Part shown: positions 1-10,273 of the stretch, piece after piece
Layout: each line of letters begins with the position of its first letter
How positions within the stretch are numbered: the stretch's first letter is position 1
NCBI GenBank assembly: GCA_036278915.1
Contig: DASUKB010000002.1
Location: forward strand, 95,162 to 159,161
Reading direction: 5' to 3'
Origin: Patescibacteria group bacterium
GTDB taxonomy: Bacteria; Patescibacteriota; Doudnabacteria; UBA920; O2-02-FULL-48-8
Length of the DNA: 64,000 nt
Position numbers and translations under genes: made by a program
The notes under the pieces: model-generated
The model's input: only the letters and a program-made list of their open reading frames with translations
Databases searched by the model: none
What the model was told of the DNA's origin: nothing

Positions 1-1161
1 ATTTCCGAAATCTTAAGCCGCGGCGTGGCAGAAGTAATTGACTCCAAGCATCTGGCCGAGAAGCTTCGCGGCAAAAAGAAATTGCGCATCAAACTCGGCA
101 TTGATCCGACTTCTCCCAACATCCACATCGGCCGCGCCATTAATTTATGGAAAATGCGGGCGTTCCAGGATTTGGGCCATACCGCGGTTTTTATTGTCGG
201 CGACTTCACAGGGATTATTGGGGATTCATCGGATAAGGATTCGGAAAGACCGATGTTGACTTTGGAACAAGTGAAGGAAAATGGGAAAACTTATTTTGAA
301 CAAGCTTTTAAAATCCTTGATAAGAAAAAAACAGAAGTCCACCACAACTCGGAGTGGTTGAGCAAATTAAATGTTTTGGAGTTGTCCCGTATTGCGAGCC
401 AGTTTGGACTGCACGAATTTGCCGCTCGCGAAAACATTGCCAGAAGAATGAAGGCTGACAAAAGAGTTTCTTACCTAGAACTAATGTACCCACTATTTCA
501 AGGATATGATTCCGTGGCGGTCAAAGCCGACGTTGAGTTGGGCGGGACCGACCAGAGATTCAATTTGCTGACAGGTCGTGATGTCCAAAAAGATTACAAA
601 CAGGAACCTCAGGATATAATGATGACTGAAATTTTGGAAGGCACTGACGGCCGCAAAATGTCATCCTCTTGGGGCAACGTCATCAATATCACTGACGAGC
701 CAAACGATATGTTCGGCAAAGTCATGAGCATTAAAGATGAACTAATGCCCAAATATTTTGTGCTGGCAACCCGCGTACCCTTGAGCGAAATAAAGAATAT
801 GGAGGACCAGGCCAAATCTGATCCTCGCAATACTAAGATACGATTAGCTACGGAATTAGTGACACTTTACCACGGTAAAAAAGCCGCCAAAGCCGCGGCT
901 GATGAATTTGAAAAAGTCTTTAGCAACAAAGAGCTGCCAACGGACATGCCGGAGGTGAAGGTCAAAGCTTCAAACATCGTAGAAGTAATGATGGAGACAG
1001 GCCTGGTTGAATCCAAGTCCGAAGCCAAACGCTTAATTGAGCAAGGTGGAGTGTCTCTGGATGGTAAAAAAGTCACAGACGAAACCTTGCGCATCCAGCC
1101 CATTACAAAAGACACGGTTTTACAAGTTGGAAAAAGAAAATTCGTAAAACTAGTTAGGTGA
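1..1161 (+). CDS. tyrS: Tyrosine--tRNA ligase (5' end truncated by window edge)
   Basis: GIDPTS, HIGR (HIGH-like), GGTDQ and KMSSS motifs, C-terminal S4 domain; frame open from base 1. Confidence 0.97.
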   Translation: MSEILSRGVAEVIDSKHLAEKLRGKKKLRIKLGIDPTSPNIHIGRAINLWKMRAFQDLGHTAVFIVGDFTGIIGDSSDKDSERPMLTLEQVKENGKTYFEQAFKILDKKKTEVHHNSEWLSKLNVLELSRIASQFGLHEFAARENIARRMKADKRVSYLELMYPLFQGYDSVAVKADVELGGTDQRFNLLTGRDVQKDYKQEPQDIMMTEILEGTDGRKMSSSWGNVINITDEPNDMFGKVMSIKDELMPKYFVLATRVPLSEIKNMEDQAKSDPRNTKIRLATELVTLYHGKKAAKAAADEFEKVFSNKELPTDMPEVKVKASNIVEVMMETGLVESKSEAKRLIEQGGVSLDGKKVTDETLRIQPITKDTVLQVGKRKFVKLVR

Positions 1162-1296
1162 AATAAGAAAACCAAGCATACGATCAGGTTTTTTAAGTGA
1201 GGGATGGAATTTTTTGACACTCGACAATTTCCTAAGAAATTGACGCGTGAGCAAAAAACAACTTTGAAGTGCATTTAAAGAGAAGTTTTTTGCGTT

Positions 1297-1788
1297 CTAA
1301 AAATTCCGCCCCGAACGACCTATGCCTGCCCAAGCTACGGCGACAGCGTCTGCTGCGTCGTCTGGCTTGGGTAATTTTTTTAAATTCAAAAGTTTTACGA
1401 TCATAGTTTGAATTTGTTTTTTGTCAGCTTTGCCATAACCCGTGACCGACATTTTGACTTGCAAAGGCGTAATGTCTAGGATTTTTAATCCCGCGGCTGC
1501 GGCAGTGACGAGCACAGCCCCCCGGGCTTGCGCAACACTTATAGCTGTTTTTTGATTGGATATAAAAAACAAGGACTCCACAGCCATAGTCTGCGGTTTC
1601 CACTTCTGGATGATAATTTGCAAATCGGTTTGAATTTCCAAAAGACGCGCGGGTTCGGGATTGCCTGACTTGGTCACTATGCATCCGGCCTCAAGCAGCC
1701 GGATATTTTTTTTGTCCTGTTCAAGTACGGCGAACCCGCATCTTCCGATTCCGGGATCGATGCCTAATATTTTAATAACGGGATTCAT
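1297..1788 (-). CDS. ruvC: Holliday junction resolvase RuvC
   Basis: ILGIDPG, AVESLFF, PDDAADA motifs. Confidence 0.97.
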   Translation of the reverse strand: MNPVIKILGIDPGIGRCGFAVLEQDKKNIRLLEAGCIVTKSGNPEPARLLEIQTDLQIIIQKWKPQTMAVESLFFISNQKTAISVAQARGAVLVTAAAAGLKILDITPLQVKMSVTGYGKADKKQIQTMIVKLLNLKKLPKPDDAADAVAVAWAGIGRSGRNF

Positions 1789-2501
1789 AAGTTTACATTT
1801 GTGTGCACATTTATAACATCATCATCTTCTTCTAAAGCTTCGGCTAAGGCATTAATCTTGTCGGCATCAGCTTTGGAGACTTCCAGGCCTTGATTCGGTT
1901 TCATTATGATCTCCGCAGAAGCGATTTTGAAACCCCTCCCTTCCAGATATTTCTTGATTTTTTCCAAATCTACAGGCAAGGTGTAAATTTCCAAACCTTC
2001 TTCGGATTCTTTCACATCCTCCACGCCTTGATCGATGAGTTCCAATTCCAGACCTTCGGTTCCTGCCTGATTTTCCAACAGAATTTGTCCTTTGGATTCA
2101 AACATCCAAGCCACACTGCCCTGTTCGCCCATGCGTCCAGCGTGTTTAGTAAAAATTGTGCGGATGGCCTGAAGAGTGCGGTTGGAATTATCAGTTACAG
2201 CATCCACTATAAATGCGCTGCCCGCCGGGCCGTAGCCTTCATAAGTGACAGATTTTATGGCGTCTTTGCCTTCGCCAGTGCCCCGTTTAATGGCACGGTC
2301 AATATTATCCTTGGGCATGCCGGCTTCTTTGGCTTTTTCCAAAGCCTGACGCAGCTGGAAATTAAACGCAGGATCGCCGCCGCCACCAGTCTGCACCGCG
2401 ATCGTAATATTTTTGGCAACTTTCGTAAACGCCTTGCCTTTTTTGGCATCGGTAACTGCCTTGGCCCGTTTAATTGTCGCCCATTTAGAATGTCCGCTCA
2501 T
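1785..2501 (-). CDS. yebC: YebC/PmpR family protein
   Basis: MSGHSKWATIK, YEGYGPAG, TDNSNRT motifs; adjacent to ruvC. Confidence 0.96.
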   Translation of the reverse strand: MSGHSKWATIKRAKAVTDAKKGKAFTKVAKNITIAVQTGGGGDPAFNFQLRQALEKAKEAGMPKDNIDRAIKRGTGEGKDAIKSVTYEGYGPAGSAFIVDAVTDNSNRTLQAIRTIFTKHAGRMGEQGSVAWMFESKGQILLENQAGTEGLELELIDQGVEDVKESEEGLEIYTLPVDLEKIKKYLEGRGFKIASAEIIMKPNQGLEVSKADADKINALAEALEEDDDVINVHTNVNL

Positions 2502-2509
2502 AGAAAATA

Positions 2510-2570
2510 AAATTACGAATTACGTATTGCGAAGTGCACACGTAATCCGTAATTCGCTAATTCGTAATTT
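2510..2570. repeat. Intergenic hairpin built from AATTACG/CGTAATT heptamer repeats
   Basis: aaattacgaattacgta...cgtaatccgtaattcgctaattcgtaattt. Confidence 0.7.
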
Positions 2571-5025
2571 AAATTATTGTCGTAGTTGCTACTTTGTCGC
2601 CAGCATCCAATGTCATGACCTTGATTCCTTGTGTGGCGCGGCCGAGCGTGGAAATTTTGGCTACTGGCGTGCGCAAAGTCTGTCCAAGTTTTGAGATGAC
2701 AACCATATCGTGTTCTTCGGTATTGTTGATGACATGGAGCGAGACGATTTTGCCGGTTTTGGGTGTAACTTTGAGCGTCTTAATTCCCGAACCGCCGCGG
2801 CCTTGGCGCTTGTAGAACTTCAGGTCTGTTTTTTTGCCGAGGCCGTTTTCGGTCACGACGAGAATTTGCAGCTGGTCCTGATTATCTTTTTGGCTGACCA
2901 AATCCATGCTCATGAGCGAATCGCCCTTTCTGATGCGCATGCCACGCACGCCGCTGGCTGCTCGGCCCATAGGTCGAACGTACTTTTCGTCAAAGCGAAT
3001 AGCCTGCCCGGCTTCGGTGGAGAGAATAACGTCGTCGGCGCCATTGGAGTATTTGACCCACTGCAATTCGTCGCCTGCGTGAAGTTTGATGGCTATAAGC
3101 CCGCTGCGGCGGACTTTGGCAAATTCATCAATTGAGGTTTTTTTAATCAAACCCTGTTTGGTGCAGAGAATTAAGAATTGGGCTTGGGTTTTTTTGCCGA
3201 TCGTCAAAATTGACGAAACCATTTCGTTGGCAGGCAGTTCCAGGAAATTAACCAGCGCTTGCCCGCGGGCCGTGCGCGAGGTTTCCGGCAGTTCATAAAC
3301 TTTCGTCTGGAACACCCGGCCCTTGTTGGTGAAGAACAAAATATCGTCGTGAGTGTTGGTGGTCTTGAGCCATTCCACTACATCTTCTTCTTTGGTGGTC
3401 ATACCGATGACACCTTTGCCGCCGCGTCCCTGGCTTTTGTATGTATCGGGCGGCAGCCGTTTGACGTATCCGGATTTGGTGACGATGACTATCGCCTGCT
3501 GTTCGGGGATTAGGTCCTCGGCCTTGAATTCGCCAATGCCGGTTTTCACAACTTGGGTTCGGCGCTCGTCAGCGTACTTTTCCCGGACTTCCAAAAGCTC
3601 AGTTTTTATGAGCGCGCGTTTTTTCTTATCGTTTTTCAGAAGATCTTCTAGTTCAGCGATCAATTTTCTCTTTTCCTTAAGTTCGTCTTCAACCTTTTTG
3701 CGTTCCAGTCCAGCAAGTGCGCGCAATTGCATTTGCAAAATCGCCGTCGCCTGCTTGTCGGAGAGTTTGAATTTGCTCATCAGGGCCGCGTGCGCTTCTT
3801 CGGTGGTGTCCGAAGCGCGGATGGTTTTTATAATCGCGTCGATGTGGTCTAAGGCAATCTTTAGCCCTTCCAGAATATGGGCTCGATCTTTCGCGCGGTT
3901 GAGGTCAAACTGGGTGCGGCGCGTGATGACTTCAAATCGATGCTTGAGATAATATTCCAGGATATTTTTGAGATTCAGAACCTGCGGCTCGATGCCGTCC
4001 ACCAGCGCCAGCATGTTGACGTGGAAAGTTTCCTGCAGTGAGGAATATTTAAACAATTGGTTTAAAATTTTGTTTGGGAGACCGTCTTTTTTGAGGTCAA
4101 TGACGATCCGCACCCCGTCTTTGTCCGACTCGTCGCGCAGGTCGCGGATGCCTTCAATCTTTTTGTCGCGCACAAGCGCGGCAAACTGTTCCAAGAGTGT
4201 GGCTTTATTTACACGATATGGAATCTCAGAAATAATTATTTGATGGTTGCCTTTTTCTTCTATAATTTCCGTTTTGGCGCGCATGACAATCGGCCCTTTA
4301 CCTGTGGCATAGGTTTGCTTGATGGCATTTGAGTCATAAATAATTCCGCCAGTTGGGAAATCTGGACCCTTTACTATTTCCATCAGATCATCGGTCGTGG
4401 ATTCAGGTTCATCGATTAACTTTATGGTCGCGTCTACGATTTCCCCGACGTTGTGCGGCGGAATGTCGGTGGCCATGCCTACGGCAATGCCGAGTGTGCC
4501 GTTGAGCAGCAGCTGCGGCGCTTTGGCCGGCAGAACCTTTGGTTCTTTTTCCGTGGCATCGTAGTTGTCCATCCATTCCACGGTGTCTTTTTCCAGGTCC
4601 TCAAGCATGGTTTCTGCAATCGCAGTCATGCGCGCTTCGGTGTAACGCATGGCGGCTGGCGAATCGCCGTCCATGCTGCCGAAGTTGCCTTGGCCGTCCA
4701 CAAGCATGTAGCGCATCGCAAAGTTTTGCGCCAAGCGGGCCAACGAATCATATACAGCGATGTCGCCGTGAGGGTGGTATTTACCGAGAACTTCTCCGAC
4801 GATTTTGGCGGACTTTGTGGTCTTGACGTTGTGGCGCAGTCCCATGTTGCTCATGGCGTACAGAATGCGGCGGTGTACGGGCTTGAGGCCGTCGCGTACG
4901 TCCGGCAGGGCTCGGGCCACGATTACGCTCATGGCGTAATCCAGATACGATTCCTCCATCTCGCGCTCAATCGGCCGGGCGTTTATAGTCCCGATTGCAA
5001 ATTTTTCGCTGGGTTCTTTGGGCAT
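2569..5025 (-). CDS. gyrA: DNA gyrase subunit A
   Basis: [34 protein letters not shown], GyrA-box QGRGGKG. Confidence 0.98.
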   Translation of the reverse strand: MPKEPSEKFAIGTINARPIEREMEESYLDYAMSVIVARALPDVRDGLKPVHRRILYAMSNMGLRHNVKTTKSAKIVGEVLGKYHPHGDIAVYDSLARLAQNFAMRYMLVDGQGNFGSMDGDSPAAMRYTEARMTAIAETMLEDLEKDTVEWMDNYDATEKEPKVLPAKAPQLLLNGTLGIAVGMATDIPPHNVGEIVDATIKLIDEPESTTDDLMEIVKGPDFPTGGIIYDSNAIKQTYATGKGPIVMRAKTEIIEEKGNHQIIISEIPYRVNKATLLEQFAALVRDKKIEGIRDLRDESDKDGVRIVIDLKKDGLPNKILNQLFKYSSLQETFHVNMLALVDGIEPQVLNLKNILEYYLKHRFEVITRRTQFDLNRAKDRAHILEGLKIALDHIDAIIKTIRASDTTEEAHAALMSKFKLSDKQATAILQMQLRALAGLERKKVEDELKEKRKLIAELEDLLKNDKKKRALIKTELLEVREKYADERRTQVVKTGIGEFKAEDLIPEQQAIVIVTKSGYVKRLPPDTYKSQGRGGKGVIGMTTKEEDVVEWLKTTNTHDDILFFTNKGRVFQTKVYELPETSRTARGQALVNFLELPANEMVSSILTIGKKTQAQFLILCTKQGLIKKTSIDEFAKVRRSGLIAIKLHAGDELQWVKYSNGADDVILSTEAGQAIRFDEKYVRPMGRAASGVRGMRIRKGDSLMSMDLVSQKDNQDQLQILVVTENGLGKKTDLKFYKRQGRGGSGIKTLKVTPKTGKIVSLHVINNTEEHDMVVISKLGQTLRTPVAKISTLGRATQGIKVMTLDAGDKVATTTII

Positions 5026-5582
5026 TAGTTCCTCACTTCATCTGGTTTGGGCAGTTTGGATAAATCCAAATTGTCCGTTTCTTTAAAGATGCTGTCCGGG
5101 CTCTGTTCAAAATATAAATTATCAAAAATGATTGTCCCACTGCCGCTAGCGGCAGTGTCAAATGTTAAGATTCCGAATTCCGTGGTGTTGGAAAGGACTT
5201 TTTGGACAAATGGGGCTTGGGTTCGGCCTGTGACTTTAGACGGAGTATAAGTTTGGCCGCTTGCAGTGAGTTTAACATCTGCGGCCGTGGAAAAATTTAG
5301 GATATCAGTGGTGTCGTTATGCACGGAAAAATAAATCAGCAGGTTGCCGCCTGAAACTTCGGCGCTGTCGACGCTTAAGTAATGAGGCGCTGAGTCAGCC
5401 ACAGTCTGCGTAATCGATGAGCTGATGTCGCTGACGTTGATGTTTTTGATTTCCTTCCGAAACGAAGTAAACCAAACGCCGACTACCAATACCACGGCCA
5501 CGCTTGAACCTGCCAACAGAATGCGGTTGCGGGTTTTAAGCGGTTTGTCTTGCAAGTTTTTGATGAATTGGGAAATGTTCAT
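5025..5582 (-). CDS. Single-TM exported protein, possible DUF4352/Ig-like domain
   Basis: 185 aa, N-terminal TM followed by beta-rich region; abuts gyrA start. Confidence 0.7.
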   Translation of the reverse strand: MNISQFIKNLQDKPLKTRNRILLAGSSVAVVLVVGVWFTSFRKEIKNINVSDISSSITQTVADSAPHYLSVDSAEVSGGNLLIYFSVHNDTTDILNFSTAADVKLTASGQTYTPSKVTGRTQAPFVQKVLSNTTEFGILTFDTAASGSGTIIFDNLYFEQSPDSIFKETDNLDLSKLPKPDEVRN

Positions 5583-5585
5583 AGA

Positions 5586-6215
5586 TTAGCGTTGTGGCGT
5601 TAGGACAACTGTTTGGGTAGTCTCTCCCACCAGGTCCTTTTTTTTGATTGTGAGCTTTTCCATTTCTTCGGTTTTGCTCCCCATTTCTTTTATGAATTTA
5701 TCGTTTTTTTCAAAGGGCAGCTTCAAACCAGCAGTCATATATGTATGCGGCACGATTATAAATGGTTCCAAGCCCGTGGCAATTTTTGCCGCCTGCTCAA
5801 AATCCAAAACCTGTTTCCCGCCGACCGGCACTAGCACTACGTCTGCACCCTCAAATAACTCTTTTTGTTCATCGGTTAGGGCGGGCTGTTGAATGGGACC
5901 CACAAAGGCGATTCGGATGTCTTCCAATTCAATTGAGTAAATCGTGACATTCCCTAAATCTTTGTTTTCCGCGGACAAACCCATTATAAATGCGCCTTTG
6001 ATGTCGTATTCGCCAGGACCGCGGATGATAAACGGACTGCCTTGAATCGATGAGAAGTTATTGCTCCAGGGGTTTTCAGGGTTGGTGGAAATTACAACAT
6101 CTGCGGCGCCTCGCACGGGCGAAAGCCCGGTGTCGCCGCCAAACGGGTCGGTAATAATTGTAATGTCCTTTCCTGTGATTTTGAAGCTCCCCAAGCCAAA
6201 CCAGGTTATTGTCAT
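5586..6215 (-). CDS. MBL-fold hydrolase-like protein (metal-binding His residues appear lost)
   Basis: MTITWFG-SFKI, IITDPF, PGEYDIKG, LVPVGG, IIVPH; ATG at 6215. Confidence 0.85.
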   Translation of the reverse strand: MTITWFGLGSFKITGKDITIITDPFGGDTGLSPVRGAADVVISTNPENPWSNNFSSIQGSPFIIRGPGEYDIKGAFIMGLSAENKDLGNVTIYSIELEDIRIAFVGPIQQPALTDEQKELFEGADVVLVPVGGKQVLDFEQAAKIATGLEPFIIVPHTYMTAGLKLPFEKNDKFIKEMGSKTEEMEKLTIKKKDLVGETTQTVVLTPQR

Positions 6216-6330
6216 GAATCTAGAGCACAATTATGGAGCCAATTTGCTTCGGCCTTTGTGCTATATTTTTAATGTTTCGGGTACGCTTTATTTTAGCAAA
6301 TTTTGGCCCAATTGTGAAGCCGTTTAGGGC

Positions 6331-6359
6331 TTGATTTTATTCCCTGATTTGAGTATAAT
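6331..6359 (+). promoter_or_regulatory. Sigma70-type promoter for the S1 gene
   Basis: TTGATT followed by TATAAT at canonical distance. Confidence 0.55.
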
Positions 6360-6426
6360 TTGGAAGCTTATCAAGAAGGCGTAAGTCGTGCATCACAGCG
6401 TGAATGCCCTTACGGTCATCTATTTT

Positions 6427-7557
6427 ATGGCACAAACAGCTACCAGTGTGGCTACTACAATGCAAGAGCTTTTGTCCCAAGAGGGAGTGGACATTAAAGT
6501 TCCCAAAGTCGGCGACGTTTTGGAAGGGAAAATTCTTTCCGTCGGGAAAAACGAGGTTTATATCGATATCGACGGGTTCGGGTTGGGCGTGGTGCGCGGG
6601 CGCGAGCTTTACGACGAAACCGTGAGACTCTCAACTCTTAAAGTCGGCGATATGGTGTTCGCCTCGGTTTTGGAACCGGAAAACAAAGAAGGCAATATTG
6701 AATTGTCGTTCCGCCAAGCCGGCCAGGAACGAGTCTGGCAAACGCTCTCTGACCGCATGCGTTCCCGTGAAGTCATCACGACCAAGATCCTAGACGCCAA
6801 CAAAGGCGGACTTATGGTCGAGGTCAACGGCGTTTTGGGATTCTTACCGGTATCACAACTCTCAAGCGAGCATTATCCGCGAGTGGAAGAAGGCGATAAA
6901 TCCAAAATTCTGGAAATCCTCAAAAGTTATGTTGGTTCCGAATTCGCAGTGCAGATTATTACCGCAGATGCCGAAGAGGAAAAACTGATCGTTTCGGAAA
7001 AAGCCGTAACCGAAGAGGAATTGCGCAGTAAAATTTCCAAACTCAAAATCGGCGACGTCGTGGAAGGCACGGTTTCGGGTATTGTTGACTTCGGCATCTT
7101 TATCAAATTTGGCGATGGACTCGAAGGCTTGGTCCACATTTCCGAACTGGCCTGGTCCCGCATCGAACATCCAAAAGATTTGTACAAAGTTGGTCAGAAA
7201 GTCCAAGCTCAGATTATTTCCGTAGATCGCGACCGAATCTCGCTCTCGGTCAAACGCCTGCAGCCAGACCCTTGGCTTGAATCCATCAAAAAGTACGAAG
7301 TTGGCCAAACCGTCACAGGGAAAGTTACGAAAGTTATGCAGTTTGGAGCGTTCGTGGAACTTGATCCGGATATCTATGGCCTGGTTCACTCTGTGGAGCT
7401 GTCCAATGACGAAGGGAAAAATCCATCGGACATAGTTTCAGTCGGACAGACGTTGGAATTTAAAATTATCTCCATCGAACCCCAGGAACACCGTCTCGGT
7501 CTCTCGCTGCGAGCCCTTACTTCCAAACCAGAAGAGAAAAAAGAAGAAGCCAAATAA
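6427..7557 (+). CDS. rpsA: 30S ribosomal protein S1 (four S1 domains)
   Basis: Repeated S1 motifs (GFLPVSQL, EGLVHISEL, GLVHSVEL); likely ATG 6427. Confidence 0.92.
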   Translation: MAQTATSVATTMQELLSQEGVDIKVPKVGDVLEGKILSVGKNEVYIDIDGFGLGVVRGRELYDETVRLSTLKVGDMVFASVLEPENKEGNIELSFRQAGQERVWQTLSDRMRSREVITTKILDANKGGLMVEVNGVLGFLPVSQLSSEHYPRVEEGDKSKILEILKSYVGSEFAVQIITADAEEEKLIVSEKAVTEEELRSKISKLKIGDVVEGTVSGIVDFGIFIKFGDGLEGLVHISELAWSRIEHPKDLYKVGQKVQAQIISVDRDRISLSVKRLQPDPWLESIKKYEVGQTVTGKVTKVMQFGAFVELDPDIYGLVHSVELSNDEGKNPSDIVSVGQTLEFKIISIEPQEHRLGLSLRALTSKPEEKKEEAK

Positions 7558-7561
7558 ATAG

Positions 7562-7590
7562 AAAGCCCGCCTCAACCGGCGGGTTTTTTA
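7562..7590 (+). terminator. Rho-independent terminator after rpsA
   Basis: gcccgcc-loop-ggcgggt followed by T-run. Confidence 0.8.
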
Positions 7591-7594
7591 TTGG

Positions 7595-7758
7595 AAAAGA
7601 AAGAGCCTCCACTACTGTAGTGAAGGCTTTTGTATTTTGCGTGTCTTTTCGGACCAAGGGCTGACAATTCCCAGGGAACAGATGAAGTCTGGACCAGCGC
7701 CTGATTCATCAACGAGCATTTTTGTGCCGGCTGACCCTCAATTTATGGGGGTTGCTCC
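7595..7758 (-). ncRNA. Candidate ~165-nt small RNA (6S-like rod possible)
   Basis: Minus-strand TTGACT-17-TATAAA (7793-7765), terminator hairpin 7602-7630, internal stems. Confidence 0.4.
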
Positions 7759-7845
7759 AAGGGCTTTATACTCCAAAAACCAGTTTAAGTCAAGATGCCT
7801 ATAGTTTAAAAAACGACTCATATGGTTGAGTCGTTTTTTGTGTTT

Positions 7846-8601
7846 CTACAAACTATTTTCTATCGCTGTTAAATCACTGTATACGGATTGGTTGTTGTCC
7901 ACCCAGTGCTGGGCTGGCGGTTGTTTATATAGGCCGTTCATCTGGGCAAATGTCATTTGAGAGTATTTGATGATGGAATTGGCCGGATAAGTATTGAGGA
8001 ATCTGTTCATGGACAGTATCCCCTCTTCCAGGTTGGAACCCATATACCAAAGATTGGATCCCCCAATTCCCCAGCAATTGGCTTTGTCCACGGGATAATG
8101 TTCGCATAGTCCCGATTCGGCATTGGCCAGGGAAATTATTTTTTTCCAATTATCCAATTGAATCAAGGTCGGGGCATAATTAGCCAGCGGCGAACCTTGC
8201 GCTGCCAAGTAATCATGAAGGCGGTTTTCCAATTCCAACTGGCGGTCAATTTCATTTTGCATTTGTTCGTGCGTGTAAAGTTTTGACAGCTGCAGGTTGA
8301 GCGTATCAATATGCGCGATCTTGTTGCCAATTATAAACACCATAGGTCCAGTTAATGGCGCTTCGGGCACCACAGAAGCAAATGTCTCGTGCGGAAAAGC
8401 CCAAGTCAAAAGACTTACTAATGCAATCAGGGACACAAACTTGTGTCGCAATGGCAAAGTTAAATACGAGGCTTTGAGTTCTTTGGTTTTGGCAGAGGGA
8501 GTCTCTGGCAGCGGATCTATCCTTACGCGCGGTTTTGGGCTCTGTCGCTGGCGTTGAATTTTTCGGATTCCATCCATCATTTGGTTTGGTTTGAATTTCA
8601 A
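7846..8601 (-). CDS. Exported lysozyme/glucosaminidase-like protein (paralog 1; start uncertain)
   Basis: TM/signal segment, then GSPL...NAESGLC...NCWGIGG; same motifs as 8964-9572. Confidence 0.7.
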   Translation of the reverse strand: MKFKPNQMMDGIRKIQRQRQSPKPRVRIDPLPETPSAKTKELKASYLTLPLRHKFVSLIALVSLLTWAFPHETFASVVPEAPLTGPMVFIIGNKIAHIDTLNLQLSKLYTHEQMQNEIDRQLELENRLHDYLAAQGSPLANYAPTLIQLDNWKKIISLANAESGLCEHYPVDKANCWGIGGSNLWYMGSNLEEGILSMNRFLNTYPANSIIKYSQMTFAQMNGLYKQPPAQHWVDNNQSVYSDLTAIENSL

Positions 8602-8750
8602 AAATCAGAAATCAGTTCGGCTCAATTCTACCAAAAATACTAACTCCGGTCAACTTTGTATATGTGGATTCATTGTGTAAAAAAATGTGGTACTTCAAAT
8701 ATGAAGTCTTTATTAAATTCAGCAAAAAAGCTATAATAGTTATGATTTGT

Positions 8751-8824
8751 GGTGTCGTGGCCGAGCGGTCAGGCGTGGGTCTGCAAAACCCTTTACACCG
8801 GTTCAACTCCGGTCGACACCTCCA
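8751..8824 (+). tRNA. tRNA-Cys(GCA)
   Basis: GGTGTCG/CGACACC acceptor, loop CTGCAAA, U73, CCA. Confidence 0.95.
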
Positions 8825-8828
8825 CAAA

Positions 8829-8915
8829 GCCTGGGTGGCGGAACTGGCATACGCATGGGACTTAAAATCCCAGGCCCGCAAGGGATTGAGGGTTCAACTC
8901 CCTCCCCAGGCACCA
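8829..8915 (+). tRNA. tRNA-Leu(TAA)
   Basis: Loop CTTAAAA, long variable arm, CCA. Confidence 0.95.
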
Positions 8916-8936
8916 TAAATATTTTTTATAAATTTA

Positions 8937-8962
8937 AAAGCCCTCCGAATGGAGGGCTTTTA
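8937..8962. terminator. Bidirectional terminator
   Basis: aaaagccctcc-gaat-ggagggctttt between convergent genes. Confidence 0.8.
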
Positions 8963-8963
8963 G

Positions 8964-9572
8964 TTATGACGTCTGCAAAGGCAGTTGGCTTATTTCGTTT
9001 AAAATTTTGTTGGCAGCCAAAACCCAGTTAGCGTTTGTATGACCGACATAGCGATGAACCATCTTTTGCGGAGTGTCCAGTCCGTCGGCCACATATTTTT
9101 GGGAAATGATGCGGTTGACGTCGACAATGGCATCATCAAGGTTGTCGTATCGTTTCAGGTTCCAGGCTCCACCAATGCCCCAGCAGTTATTGTACTTGTA
9201 ATGTTTGCACATTGTGGATTCACCGTTTGAGACGGCGACCACAAGTTGCCAGTTATTCTGCGCTAGAAGCGTTGCGGCATGGTCAGCCAGCGGCGAACCT
9301 TTCTTAACCAGATAGTCATGCAGGATAACCACGTTTTGGTTGAAAATTTGCTGTGAGTTGTCTACGTCGGGCAGTTCAGACGAAGCGAGTTGTGCCGTGT
9401 AGTCTCTCGGGATTATAAGTTTTGTTGTGCTGTTTATTTCAAAGACGATTGGCTGTTGGTTTGACGTTTGGGCAGAAGCGGACATCGGCAATAACAGCGA
9501 AGATGTCGCAATGATCAGGAGTATAAATAACGCCCGATCAAAGGTGCTCAAGCGCTCAAATCGGCTTGTCAT
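8964..9572 (-). CDS. Exported lysozyme/glucosaminidase-like protein (paralog 2)
   Basis: Signal peptide, GSPL...NGESTMC...NCWGIGG. Confidence 0.72.
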   Translation of the reverse strand: MTSRFERLSTFDRALFILLIIATSSLLLPMSASAQTSNQQPIVFEINSTTKLIIPRDYTAQLASSELPDVDNSQQIFNQNVVILHDYLVKKGSPLADHAATLLAQNNWQLVVAVSNGESTMCKHYKYNNCWGIGGAWNLKRYDNLDDAIVDVNRIISQKYVADGLDTPQKMVHRYVGHTNANWVLAANKILNEISQLPLQTS

Positions 9573-9785
9573 CTTTGGAATTCCTTACCAGCAATCTCCC
9601 TTTATAGTTCCCGCCCGCCGAATTTTAGCTCGGAAGGTTATGGGTAAAGGCAGTTGATAGTTTGGTCAGACCTTTATTAAGGACTTAAAGAACAGGTTGC
9701 GGGCTTTTTACAAAAAAGCTTAATTTATTGGGCTTTTTTGTTGCCAACCCCACCCTCCGGAGAGGGATGGGGTACGCAACTATAG

Positions 9786-9866
9786 ATATTAGCATAAAAC
9801 GGGAGTTTTGTCAATAGCTTACGCTTGGATCCTGAAATTGACCAAAGCCCGATTTTTACGTATAAT
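9786..9866. promoter_or_regulatory. Divergent sigma70 promoters
   Basis: Minus: TTGACA(9814-9809)-17-TAATAT; plus: TTGACC(9838)-17-TATAAT ahead of tRNA-Leu. Confidence 0.7.
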
Positions 9867-9884
9867 TGTTAAGATTTTCCATAT

Positions 9885-9971
9885 GCACGGGTGGCGAAAC
9901 TGGTACACGCACTACCTTGAGGTGGTAGCGCCCGCAAGGGCTTGGAGGTTCGAGTCCTCTCCCGTGCACCA
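9885..9971 (+). tRNA. tRNA-Leu(GAG)
   Basis: Loop TTGAGGT, long variable arm, CCA. Confidence 0.95.
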
Positions 9972-9973
9972 AA

Positions 9974-10050
9974 GGACGCTTAGCTCAGCTGGTTAGAGCG
10001 TCTCGTTTACACCGAGAAGGTCAAAGGTTCGAATCCTTTAGCGTCCACCA
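9974..10050 (+). tRNA. tRNA-Val(TAC)
   Basis: Loop TTTACAC, CCA. Confidence 0.95.
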
Positions 10051-10198
10051 AAAAATGGTATAATAAGTATCCAAAGGCAGTTGTTTTGAAAACAAATCAA
10101 AAATGCCAACGAAGTGCATTTTTGATTTGAGAGGAGCAACGATCGACCGTAGCACAATTGCGGTTGCAATTTGCGAAGTGTCGATCAGTTGCGACGAC

Positions 10199-10273
10199 GC
10201 CTCGGTAGCTCAGTGGTAGAGCGCAGCCCTGAAGAGGCTGGCGTCGTCAGTTCAATTCTGACCCGAGGCACCA
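10199..10273 (+). tRNA. tRNA-Phe(GAA)
   Basis: Loop CTGAAGA, CCA. Confidence 0.95.
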
